In this document: piece after piece, positions 1 to 7,294 of the stretch | Position numbering within the stretch: position 1 is the stretch's first letter | Layout of the letters: the number at the start of each line of letters is the position of its first letter | Source of the DNA: a virus | Taxonomy: Duplodnaviria > Caudoviricetes | Direction: 5' to 3' (one strand) | IMG/VR virus record: IMGVR_UViG_3300037067_018433 | Length of the DNA: 64,000 nucleotides | Made by a program: the position numbers and the translations under genes | The notes under the pieces: generated by a model | What the model was told of the DNA's origin: nothing | The model's input: the letters and a program-made list of their open reading frames with translations, nothing else | Databases searched by the model: none

Positions 1-1
1 G

Positions 2-1231
2 GCGGCGCTGACGAGGGAAGAGGAGCGGCTGCTCGAGACCTCCCGTCCTGACCTGCGCTACGAGTCGGCGGCCGCCAACCCCCACCGCACGTACCCCGGC
101 AGCCGGCTGTTGACGGCGCCGGCCATCGCCGCGCTGCCCGCGGCGGGCGTAGGGGCTGGTCTAGGGTACCTGGCGTCGTCCCAGACCGACCTCCCGGCCT
201 GGGCCAAGAGCCTCATCACCGCGGGTGGTGCGGGTGTCGGGGGCGTGGCGGGCTCCGCAACGGCCCACGCGCTGCGCCAGAGCCACGCACGGGCCCTGCG
301 CCGGGAGCACACGGAGAAGAGCGCGTCGCTGGTCGAGACCCTGGTTCCGTACGTCCTGGACGCCCTGCAGAAGGAAGCGGCGAGTCTCGGGTGGCTCAAG
401 GGGCTGCTTGGGGGTTCGGACGATGCTGCCCGGGCTGCGGCGGGTACGGCAGGCGGCCTTGAGCGGACGGTGGTCCCCGCCCTTCTCTCCAAGGCGGTCG
501 CCGAACCCCTGGCCTCCTTGCCACCGACTGCCCTCTCCAGGGCCGCGGCCCCCGTTGTTCGAGCATCGGAGGAGCTGGACCCTGGATTCCTGCGCCCGGG
601 AAAGTCGCGCATGCGCACCGGGGCGAACGAGACGTTTGAGGATCCTCGATCGACCCAGGAGATCCTCGCGGATCCGGAGTACGTCGCGCGCATCCATGGA
701 GCGCGGCCGACCGAGGTCGCGTCCATCAAGCCGCCGGATGACCCGGACGCCGCTATCCGCGCCGCGCTCCAGGCGCACCCGGAGAAGGCACTCGAGCTCG
801 ACATGCTGTCGGACACGCTGCGGCGTGGGGGAGAGCCCATGTCGCACTTCGACCCCCGCGTGCTCAGTCGCGTGGGGGCCCCGTCGATGCCCGCGTCCGG
901 CGCCCTGGGTTCTCTCCCGTTCAACATCGGCGGGTCGTCCGTGCCCATCCAGGCTCTCCCCCAGTTCGGACCCGGTGTCCTGCGCATGAACGTGATGAAC
1001 CGGAGCCCAGAGGAGATCCTGAACGGTCTCGAGTGGCGACCGGGCGGGGTGCCCGGCACACGGTCGACCATGCTGCCGCCGGCCCCAACGCTCCCGGCCG
1101 GCGCCTACTCGTCGATGGGCGAAGCGCCGACGCTCATGCGCGGATCACGCGCCCCCGACGCGTACATGCCCACGTCCCCCGCTGTGCACATGCCGACGGT
1201 TCCCAACGGCACACCCACGGTACCTGCTTGA
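2..1231 (+). CDS. Gly/Ala/Pro-rich putative virion (internal head) protein, 5'-truncated
   Basis: Frame is open from position 2; glycine-zipper-like segments (GVGAGLGYLA, GGAGVGGVAG); LQKEAAS K-x-A site. Confidence 0.6.
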   Translation, partial: AALTREEERLLETSRPDLRYESAAANPHRTYPGSRLLTAPAIAALPAAGVGAGLGYLASSQTDLPAWAKSLITAGGAGVGGVAGSATAHALRQSHARALRREHTEKSASLVETLVPYVLDALQKEAASLGWLKGLLGGSDDAARAAAGTAGGLERTVVPALLSKAVAEPLASLPPTALSRAAAPVVRASEELDPGFLRPGKSRMRTGANETFEDPRSTQEILADPEYVARIHGARPTEVASIKPPDDPDAAIRAALQAHPEKALELDMLSDTLRRGGEPMSHFDPRVLSRVGAPSMPASGALGSLPFNIGGSSVPIQALPQFGPGVLRMNVMNRSPEEILNGLEWRPGGVPGTRSTMLPPAPTLPAGAYSSMGEAPTLMRGSRAPDAYMPTSPAVHMPTVPNGTPTVPA

Positions 1232-1232
1232 T

Positions 1233-1508
1233 ATGCGCGTGCCGGAAGCCGTGTGGATCGAGGCCACCAAGCACCTGACCAAGGTAGCGGAAGACGCCGG
1301 ACAGCCCGCGGGGTTGGGGGAGCCCGAAGACGTTCGACGGGTCCGACGCTTCCGTGACTTGCTCAGCCGGTTGTTCCGCAAGAGCCGTACCATGCGCACC
1401 GTCAGCGTTGTTTCGGACCTTGATCCAACAGGGGAACTGGCCGAGCACCTACCGATGCTAAAGGAAAGGGCGGGGGGTACTGGTGTACCGACCCCGCCCT
1501 CTCCTTGA
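1233..1508 (+). CDS. hypothetical protein
   Basis: ATG 1 nt after the upstream stop; 91 aa; TKVAE motif. Confidence 0.5.
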   Translation: MRVPEAVWIEATKHLTKVAEDAGQPAGLGEPEDVRRVRRFRDLLSRLFRKSRTMRTVSVVSDLDPTGELAEHLPMLKERAGGTGVPTPPSP

Positions 1509-1521
1509 TCGTTACCGCCGC

Positions 1522-1800
1522 CTACTTCGCGGTCGAGCCGAGCGGGTTGCCGCCCCGCAACCGGGCACGCGCCTCATCCTCGGTGATCCCCGCTTCCTGC
1601 GCCAGTTCGCGCGCGTTGCGAATGACGCGCTCCCGGCGCGACTCGCCCTTGCGCCGGGTGTTGGTGCGGATGGCGGCGAACGTCCGGTGGACCTCGTCGA
1701 TCACCACTTCCTTCTTCCCGTCCTTCTCCACCACGCGCGGGCTCCGGTGGAGCTCCTCGCGCAGCCACTTCCCGTTCATGGTGATCTCGTTGCTCTTCAC
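1522..1800 (-). CDS. hypothetical protein
   Basis: GTG start in GTGA overlap, AAGGAG SD; GC3-rich codons. Confidence 0.6.
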   Translation of the reverse strand: MKSNEITMNGKWLREELHRSPRVVEKDGKKEVVIDEVHRTFAAIRTNTRRKGESRRERVIRNARELAQEAGITEDEARARLRGGNPLGSTAK

Positions 1801-2114
1801 GGCGTCTCCTTTCCCCGAAGCAGGTTCCAGACGCGCTTGAGCGCCTTGCGGATACGCTGCTTCGCGATCTTCTGCGTGGGGGCCGTGGGCGCCTCGATGA
1901 TGATGTTCCCGACCGCCTGCCCGAACTGCTCGTCGGTCCCGAGCCGACGCTTCGCCGCGTGCATCGAGAACCCGTCGTTCTTCGCCCACGGTCGACCGTC
2001 CTTCCGGGTCCCCCGCGGCTGCTGGAGGAACGGATCCACCTTGCGTCGGCGCCGGCGGTCGCGCCGCTTGGCGGTCAGCAGCGGACTCCGGAGCTTGTGG
2101 ACGCCATCCTTCAC
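1797..2114 (-). CDS. basic hypothetical protein
   Basis: GTG start in GTGA overlap, GAGGTG SD. Confidence 0.55.
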   Translation of the reverse strand: MKDGVHKLRSPLLTAKRRDRRRRRKVDPFLQQPRGTRKDGRPWAKNDGFSMHAAKRRLGTDEQFGQAVGNIIIEAPTAPTQKIAKQRIRKALKRVWNLLRGKETP

Positions 2115-2551
2115 GGCGTCACCTCGATCTGCGCCGCCTCGCTCTTCTCCTGTACCTCGGCCACCGGGGCGTCCGCGTCCTCGGTGGCCGGTTCGACGGC
2201 CGACAGGTCGACGCCCAGCTTGGAGGCCGTCACGCCGATGACGTTGCCCATCTCGAAGATCTGGCCGTTGAGGTTCCGCACGACCTCGGAGCGGATGGTG
2301 ATGCTCTTCTTGAGCTTCTCCATATCCGGCTCGAGCTCCTTCAGCATCGCCGTGAGATTCTCGATCTCGGTGCGGTGCTTGGCGATCTCGAACTCGACGA
2401 ACGTGAGCTTGTTGGTCATGCCCAGGGTGGCGGTCTCCGCGTCCTTGGCGTCGTTCGCGCACTTGAGCACCTGGCTCTGCGCGCGGCACACGTGGGCCTT
2501 CACCCCCTCGGCGTACGCCCGGCCCCTCTTCTGCTTGTTGACCTTGCTCAC
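2111..2551 (-). CDS. coiled-coil hypothetical protein
   Basis: GTG start in GTGA overlap, GGAGGTG SD; heptad-like sequence. Confidence 0.6.
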   Translation of the reverse strand: MSKVNKQKRGRAYAEGVKAHVCRAQSQVLKCANDAKDAETATLGMTNKLTFVEFEIAKHRTEIENLTAMLKELEPDMEKLKKSITIRSEVVRNLNGQIFEMGNVIGVTASKLGVDLSAVEPATEDADAPVAEVQEKSEAAQIEVTP

Positions 2552-3156
2552 GGCGTCACCTCCGGCGGCGTCTCGGGCTTGGGCGCGGGCGCGTCCGCCT
2601 TCTTGTGGACGCTCGTGCACGCCACCTTCTTGCCGGGGGGGCACACGCTGCGCATCCCGTGCAGGATCTCCAGCTCCTCGGGGCTCAGCTTCGCCTCCTT
2701 CTGCGCGTTCAGCGGGGTGCCGTGGACGATGTTGGCCATGATGTCCGCGAGGTCGTGCGTCTCCAGGGCCGCCTCGAGCTCCGCCAACGAGGAGATGCGC
2801 CCCGACTTCAGCTGCTTGACGCGCTCCAGCGCGTCGGCGAGCGCCTTCTGCAGCTCGTCGCTGAGCGGACGCTGCTCGATGTACGCGAGGTAGTCGGGGT
2901 TCATGTACTGGAACGCCGCCTCGATGTCCGCGGCGTCGCACTCGCGCGCGCTCCACGCCTTCTTGAACAGCATGGGATCACGCTGGCGGAGGGCCCACGC
3001 CAACAGCGTGCTCCAGTTCTCGAAGCGCTCGTACAGCTTCTTGCTGAGCTCCTCCGACGTGATGCGCAGCATGTCCAACAGGAACATGTGGTTCCTGGCC
3101 TGGGCCGCCCGGCCACTACCGAGCGCATGCAGGACGTTCTCTTCCGTGACCTTCAT
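2548..3156 (-). CDS. hypothetical protein
   Basis: 202-aa ORF with AGGAG SD; phage-like codon bias. Confidence 0.7.
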   Translation of the reverse strand: MKVTEENVLHALGSGRAAQARNHMFLLDMLRITSEELSKKLYERFENWSTLLAWALRQRDPMLFKKAWSARECDAADIEAAFQYMNPDYLAYIEQRPLSDELQKALADALERVKQLKSGRISSLAELEAALETHDLADIMANIVHGTPLNAQKEAKLSPEELEILHGMRSVCPPGKKVACTSVHKKADAPAPKPETPPEVTP

Positions 3157-3247
3157 CTTTCTCTCCTATCCTGACCGGTTGCCCGGCCGAAATGGGACCG
3201 CCCCATGCGGTCACCGTGGAACGCGAAGCCGCGCGCTATCTATCAGA

Positions 3248-4090
3248 TCAGACGATCCAGTGGATCACGATGCAGCCGGTCGAGCTCCCCCAGGACGACG
3301 ACATGCTCCCGTAGTAGTCAAGCATCTGATCCTGGATCGTGTACTTGTACGACCGGTAGGTGTCCTGGGTCCAGGTGTTCGGTGTAATCAACACGTCCGG
3401 CATGTGGCAGCTCTCCTGCGGATCGGGGTCGCCGTTGATCGCAAGCTCATCGCTGTCGCAGTCACCGATGCCCCACGCCTGCTGAGCGATATTCCCGCGC
3501 GTGCAGTCCTCGTCGGCCACGTTGATCGTCCACACGCAGTCCTGCATGTCCGTCCACGAGCGACCCGTCTCGTTTCCGGAACAGTCGGTGCTAGCGTACT
3601 CGATGATGGACAGGTCGAGGTATGTCAGCCACGTACCAACGTCCGGTTCGTTGACGACGTAGCTGTTGGCCGTGCCGACGTAGACGTACAAACCGTCCGC
3701 GGAAGTCTTGATCGAGTCCACCACCCAGCCCCAATAGATCGAGCCGCTGAAGTACGCCTCGGCACCGGTGTTCCAATCGCCGTTGACACGACTGGTGACT
3801 GCCCCGCCGATGTCGCGTACCAGAAGTTTCTTGCAGGAGTCCCAGTTCGCCTCGCCCATCGACGTGTAGTATTTGTACGAGTAGTAGTTGAGACAGATGA
3901 AGGTCTCGGAAGCCGGGAGCCGGAATCCCGGGGGATCCAGCGCATCGTCGACCACGGGCGCCGCGGACAGGCCCGTCAGATCGAACGACGCATCGATGGC
4001 GGCCTGGGGAGACCCGACCACAGGCACCTCCCACTGAGCGAACACCGGCGAACACAGCAGCACAACGAGGGCGAACACCAACTTCTTCAT
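3248..4090 (-). CDS. secreted Cys/Trp/Asp-rich protein
   Basis: Sec signal peptide MKKLVFALVVLLCSPVFA; AAGGAG SD. Confidence 0.75.
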   Translation of the reverse strand: MKKLVFALVVLLCSPVFAQWEVPVVGSPQAAIDASFDLTGLSAAPVVDDALDPPGFRLPASETFICLNYYSYKYYTSMGEANWDSCKKLLVRDIGGAVTSRVNGDWNTGAEAYFSGSIYWGWVVDSIKTSADGLYVYVGTANSYVVNEPDVGTWLTYLDLSIIEYASTDCSGNETGRSWTDMQDCVWTINVADEDCTRGNIAQQAWGIGDCDSDELAINGDPDPQESCHMPDVLITPNTWTQDTYRSYKYTIQDQMLDYYGSMSSSWGSSTGCIVIHWIV

Positions 4091-4153
4091 GCTCTCTCCT
4101 TCTTCCGGGGAACCCCCGGATTAGCCCGGCTCCGCCATGGAACCGGATCTACG

Positions 4154-4195
4154 AAAATGAAGCGGCCCCCGGGACCTGTCCCCGAGGGCCGCTTC
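4154..4195 (-). terminator. intrinsic terminator closing the RNA island
   Basis: GC-rich hairpin (GAAGCGGCCC...GGGCCGCTTC) followed by ATTTT on the minus strand. Confidence 0.6.
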
Positions 4196-4331
4196 GTGGT
4201 TTCGAGTGTTGAAGGTTCTCCAAGAATCCGCCGGCGACAGGTGCCGGCTTCTCCACGCTGAACTTGGACTCAGAGCCCTTTCTGGGGGTTGAGTTTCGTG
4301 TCGCACAACGTGGGAACGCGATCACGAACGG

Positions 4332-4555
4332 TGGCGCCCGATGGTATCGAGCCATCCCTGGGGACTACTAGGACGAGGGCTGCCGAGTCGAACGGCTCAT
4401 CATTCTATCTGGAGGGGTGATCTACGCAACATTACGCCGTCAGCAACTGCTCCCTGGGAGGTACCTCAGTTGTGGAGGTAGACGTCGTTCACCCAGTCAA
4501 CCGTCACCCAATCCGTCCCTCGCTCGTTCATCCGTGCTCACCTGAGCTGGGCGCC
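4332..4555 (-). ncRNA. tRNA-like structured RNA with a large insertion in the anticodon arm
   Basis: 7-bp GGCGCCC/GGGCGCC stem plus discriminator A; GCTC-AGGT-GAGC D-like arm; GATGG-CTCGATA-CCATC T-like arm; ~150-nt internal structured insert. Confidence 0.4.
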
Positions 4556-4804
4556 GGACCGGGGAGGGCCGAAACGCTTCGGTCAGTCCCCGGTCTTCAA
4601 AGTCCATGGGCGTTGAGCCATCGAGTGCGCCCTTTGCTTTCGACGGGCTAGGATGAGCCCCACGATGATCGACTGGAGATGGCTCTCCAAAACGTCGTCG
4701 ATCTTACCCTCGCTCGTCTGGGCACCGCAATGCACGGTGTCCCGGGGTATCTCCGCCAAGCGTCCCTGGTGGAGCGTCAGCTGTCGCGGCAGCTGCTGTT
4801 TGGA

Positions 4805-4879
4805 TCGAGGTGGTGGGACTCGAACCCACGGTGAAACGCGCTCCCAAAGCGCGTGGCATCGCCGCTAGCCAACACCTCG
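4805..4879 (-). tRNA. tRNA-Pro (UGG)
   Basis: Acceptor CGAGGTG/CACCTCG + A73; anticodon arm CGCGC-TTTGGGA-GCGCG; T arm GTGGG-TTCGAGT-CCCAC. Confidence 0.88.
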
Positions 4880-5011
4880 GTCGGTAGATCTTGCAGGTCG
4901 CAATCCCGTAGCGGATCTACCTTGCTCCTCCTGTTTGCATCTCCTAGGCGATGCACCAGTTGTCCTAGTAACAACCGTGGGATCCCGGGGAGCATTCCCG
5001 AATCCCTGTCG

Positions 5012-5397
5012 TGGAGGTGTGGGGAATCGAACCCCAGTCCACCTGGCTTTGGATCGAGGTCGTTCACGGGCGTGTCCAGCTTCATGACCGCCAGCCCGCT
5101 GGCTGACTGGCGACCGGTAGACGTCTCGATTGTCGCTCTCCGCCGACATCACCAAACGGAGAGTAACGCCACCTGTTCATGACAAGGCTGCCCGATCCCG
5201 GTAACCCGGATCGGAGCCCCGCTCGGTGCCGCTGTTTAGGCGGCGGCCGCGACCGGCGCGAACGCCGGTGCACGACGATCCGAGAGGCGAACGACGTTGT
5301 CGTTGGCACTTGAGGTTGCCGCGAGTTTGATGGGCTACGCAGCCTGCCCAGCCCGCACCTGTTCACCGCTGTCCAAGTGTCGAAACCGATCACCCCC
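5012..5397 (-). ncRNA. ssrA: tmRNA (one-piece), tag ANDNVVRLSDRRAPAFAPVAAAA*
   Basis: 5' GGGGGTGATCGGTTTCGAC; 3' GGGGTTCGATTCCCCACACCTCCA; acceptor stem with G3.U; tag ORF 5307-5236 starts ANDN and ends AA-TAA. Confidence 0.95.
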
Positions 5398-5615
5398 AGA
5401 GGCGCCACCCAACCGTCGGGCGCCCATCGACATGGTAGCTGCGAACTACCTTGCACGTTCAGTTGTCAGAGACCAACTGCCCGATGGTACAGAAAGTGGA
5501 GGCACCCGGCAAGGTGCTTTGAGGCGCTTGCCTGCTGAAGCCCGACCCTGGGCCCAGGGCGCCGGGTGCCCCCGCTAGCCGGCGACCAAAGTTCTCTTCG
5601 GTGCCTTGCGACCGG

Positions 5616-5810
5616 CTAGTCCCGGATGACACGGTCCGCCGGCCACCAGCCGACGGTCTTGATCCTCACGGACCCGGGTCCGGAAAACCCGGGCATGGGG
5701 TCCTGGTAGTCGACGACTTCCCTCGCGTACGAGTCCAGCGGCTGCTCGTCGCGTTCCGGGAGCATCGGCAGTCTCCGCACCATCTTCGTGACCAGGTCCT
5801 TGTTGCTCAT
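5616..5810 (-). CDS. hypothetical protein
   Basis: ATGA overlap with the upstream gene. Confidence 0.5.
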   Translation of the reverse strand: MSNKDLVTKMVRRLPMLPERDEQPLDSYAREVVDYQDPMPGFSGPGSVRIKTVGWWPADRVIRD

Positions 5811-6073
5811 GTCTTCTTCAACTCCTCGTTGCAGCGGGTGGCGAGTTCGTAGTACGCCTTGCACCACGTCTCCTTGTCCGCCACCTCGTCCTTCGGCAGG
5901 TTCCCCGCCTTGTTGAACGCGTAGTAGGCCGTGCCCAGCAGGTCGTTCTTGTCCTGGATGACCTTCTTGGCCGCATCCAGGTTGTCCTCGAGCTGGAGAG
6001 CGTAGGCCTGAAGAGCCCGGACCACCAGCGCGGTGTTCAACTGCGCCTTCAGCGTCACTTCGTCGACCATCAC
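5807..6073 (-). CDS. hypothetical protein
   Basis: GGAGG SD; overlap-coupled. Confidence 0.6.
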   Translation of the reverse strand: MMVDEVTLKAQLNTALVVRALQAYALQLEDNLDAAKKVIQDKNDLLGTAYYAFNKAGNLPKDEVADKETWCKAYYELATRCNEELKKT

Positions 6074-6264
6074 AACCTCCGCGGGAGCACCAACTCCCTC
6101 ATCAGCGCGGCGTCCGACCCGGGCAGGTAGGTTCCCTGGGAATCCCTCCTCGGCGTCCAGCCGCCATCGTCCTCCGGGCGTGCGGCCTCGTCAAACACCA
6201 GGAGCGGATCTTCGGCCGCGGACTGGGCGTCCGCGAGTACGTCGTCCCAGATGTCACGTGGCAT
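6070..6264 (-). CDS. hypothetical protein
   Basis: 64-aa ORF filling the operon gap, overlapping both neighbours. Confidence 0.5.
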   Translation of the reverse strand: MPRDIWDDVLADAQSAAEDPLLVFDEAARPEDDGGWTPRRDSQGTYLPGSDAALMRELVLPRRL

Positions 6265-7162
6265 CGACGGGGGCTTCCTTGGGCTCGACCTTCTCCTGCT
6301 TCATCTCGCGCTTCTCGTCGTGCTTCTCGCGCCACATCGGGTCCTCCCAGCGCACCGGATTCCCCGCCGTCTTGGGGTCCTGCTCCGCGGCCTTCGCCGC
6401 TTCCACCGCGGCCTTCGCCGCGTTCCGCCACTGCGGAGGCACGCGGTCAACAGGGCCCTTCCAGGTGCGGCTGTCCGCCTCCGGCTGCTGCACGACGCGC
6501 CGCAGTCCGAACTCGTCGACCTCGACCGCCGCGCGGTGGTAGCTGATCTCCACCATGCCGGACGGGCTGGCGATGATCTTGGCGGCGCGCTGGCGCCGGC
6601 TCACCGCCAGCTTGCCGACGAGCCCGTCGACCTGGTAGCTCGGCGGGCAGCTGCCCGACCAGTTGGAGATGACGATCAGCCGGCGGCCGGCGACGAGCCG
6701 CTGCACGAACTCGTCGTCCACGTCCGCCTTCAGCAGCATCGCATCCGGGATGCCCGGGGGCACGACGAAGCCCGGGGCGCGGTACAGCTTGTTCGCCTTC
6801 TCCGCCAGCCGGATCAGGACGCTGTCCGTCAGCTCGACGGGGTGCGAGACGGTCCCCTCGTACTGCACCACGGTCATCGTACCCTCGTGGTCGAAGCAGA
6901 ACTCGAACGCCTCGTCGATGGACGCGGTGAAGAACTGGACGTAGACCGAGTTCGTCCCCGGCTGGTCGTAGATGACGCAGCTGCCGGTCTCGAAGCCCGG
7001 GATGCCGCGCAGTTCCTTCTCGACGATTTCCGAGGCGGCTTCCTTCGTGGGGACGTCGAGCACCAACAGCTTGTCGCGCCGCTGGCCGATGGGCCGGAAC
7101 TTGACGTGCAGATCCTGCAGCGCCCTCGCGGTCGAGTTCTCGTTCTTGAACGTGACTCCCAT
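6254..7162 (-). CDS. hypothetical protein
   Basis: Start refined to ATG 7162 with AAGGAGG SD. Confidence 0.7.
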   Translation of the reverse strand: MGVTFKNENSTARALQDLHVKFRPIGQRRDKLLVLDVPTKEAASEIVEKELRGIPGFETGSCVIYDQPGTNSVYVQFFTASIDEAFEFCFDHEGTMTVVQYEGTVSHPVELTDSVLIRLAEKANKLYRAPGFVVPPGIPDAMLLKADVDDEFVQRLVAGRRLIVISNWSGSCPPSYQVDGLVGKLAVSRRQRAAKIIASPSGMVEISYHRAAVEVDEFGLRRVVQQPEADSRTWKGPVDRVPPQWRNAAKAAVEAAKAAEQDPKTAGNPVRWEDPMWREKHDEKREMKQEKVEPKEAPVDAT

Positions 7163-7237
7163 GAGATCCTCCTTGGCTTGCGCCACTGTTGACCAGCGGA
7201 CAGCCCGCTGGCTGACGGTATTGCTCCGTCTCATTTA

Positions 7238-7265
7238 TCTTATGCCGGTTTCGATCCCTGTTTTT
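7238..7265 (-). promoter_or_regulatory. phage-specific bipartite promoter motif, copy 1
   Basis: AAAAA-N14-GGCATAAGA on the minus strand, upstream of a minus-strand block. Confidence 0.65.
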
Positions 7266-7278
7266 ACATCCCCACCAT

Positions 7279-7294
7279 GTGCTATGCTGAGCCC
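7279..7294 (+). promoter_or_regulatory. extended -10 sigma70-like promoter, leaderless
   Basis: TG-C-TATGCT, 6 nt before ATG 7295; no SD. Confidence 0.55.

Noticed and set aside
4440-4475. SRP RNA-like AGG...AGCA loop and a nearby RNase P-like AGATAGAATGAT string
   Set aside because: No GNRA tetraloop or CAGG symmetric loop for SRP, and no GAGGAAAGUCC or ACAGAA..CGGC regions for RNase P.
4556-4600. Hammerhead or tRNA-associated HDV-like ribozyme
   Set aside because: Only a simple hairpin; a CUGANGA/GAAA three-way core or a nested pseudoknot could not be assembled.
5236-5307. Host assignment from the tmRNA tag or GC content
   Set aside because: ANDN...AA tags occur in several phyla; not diagnostic without a database comparison.
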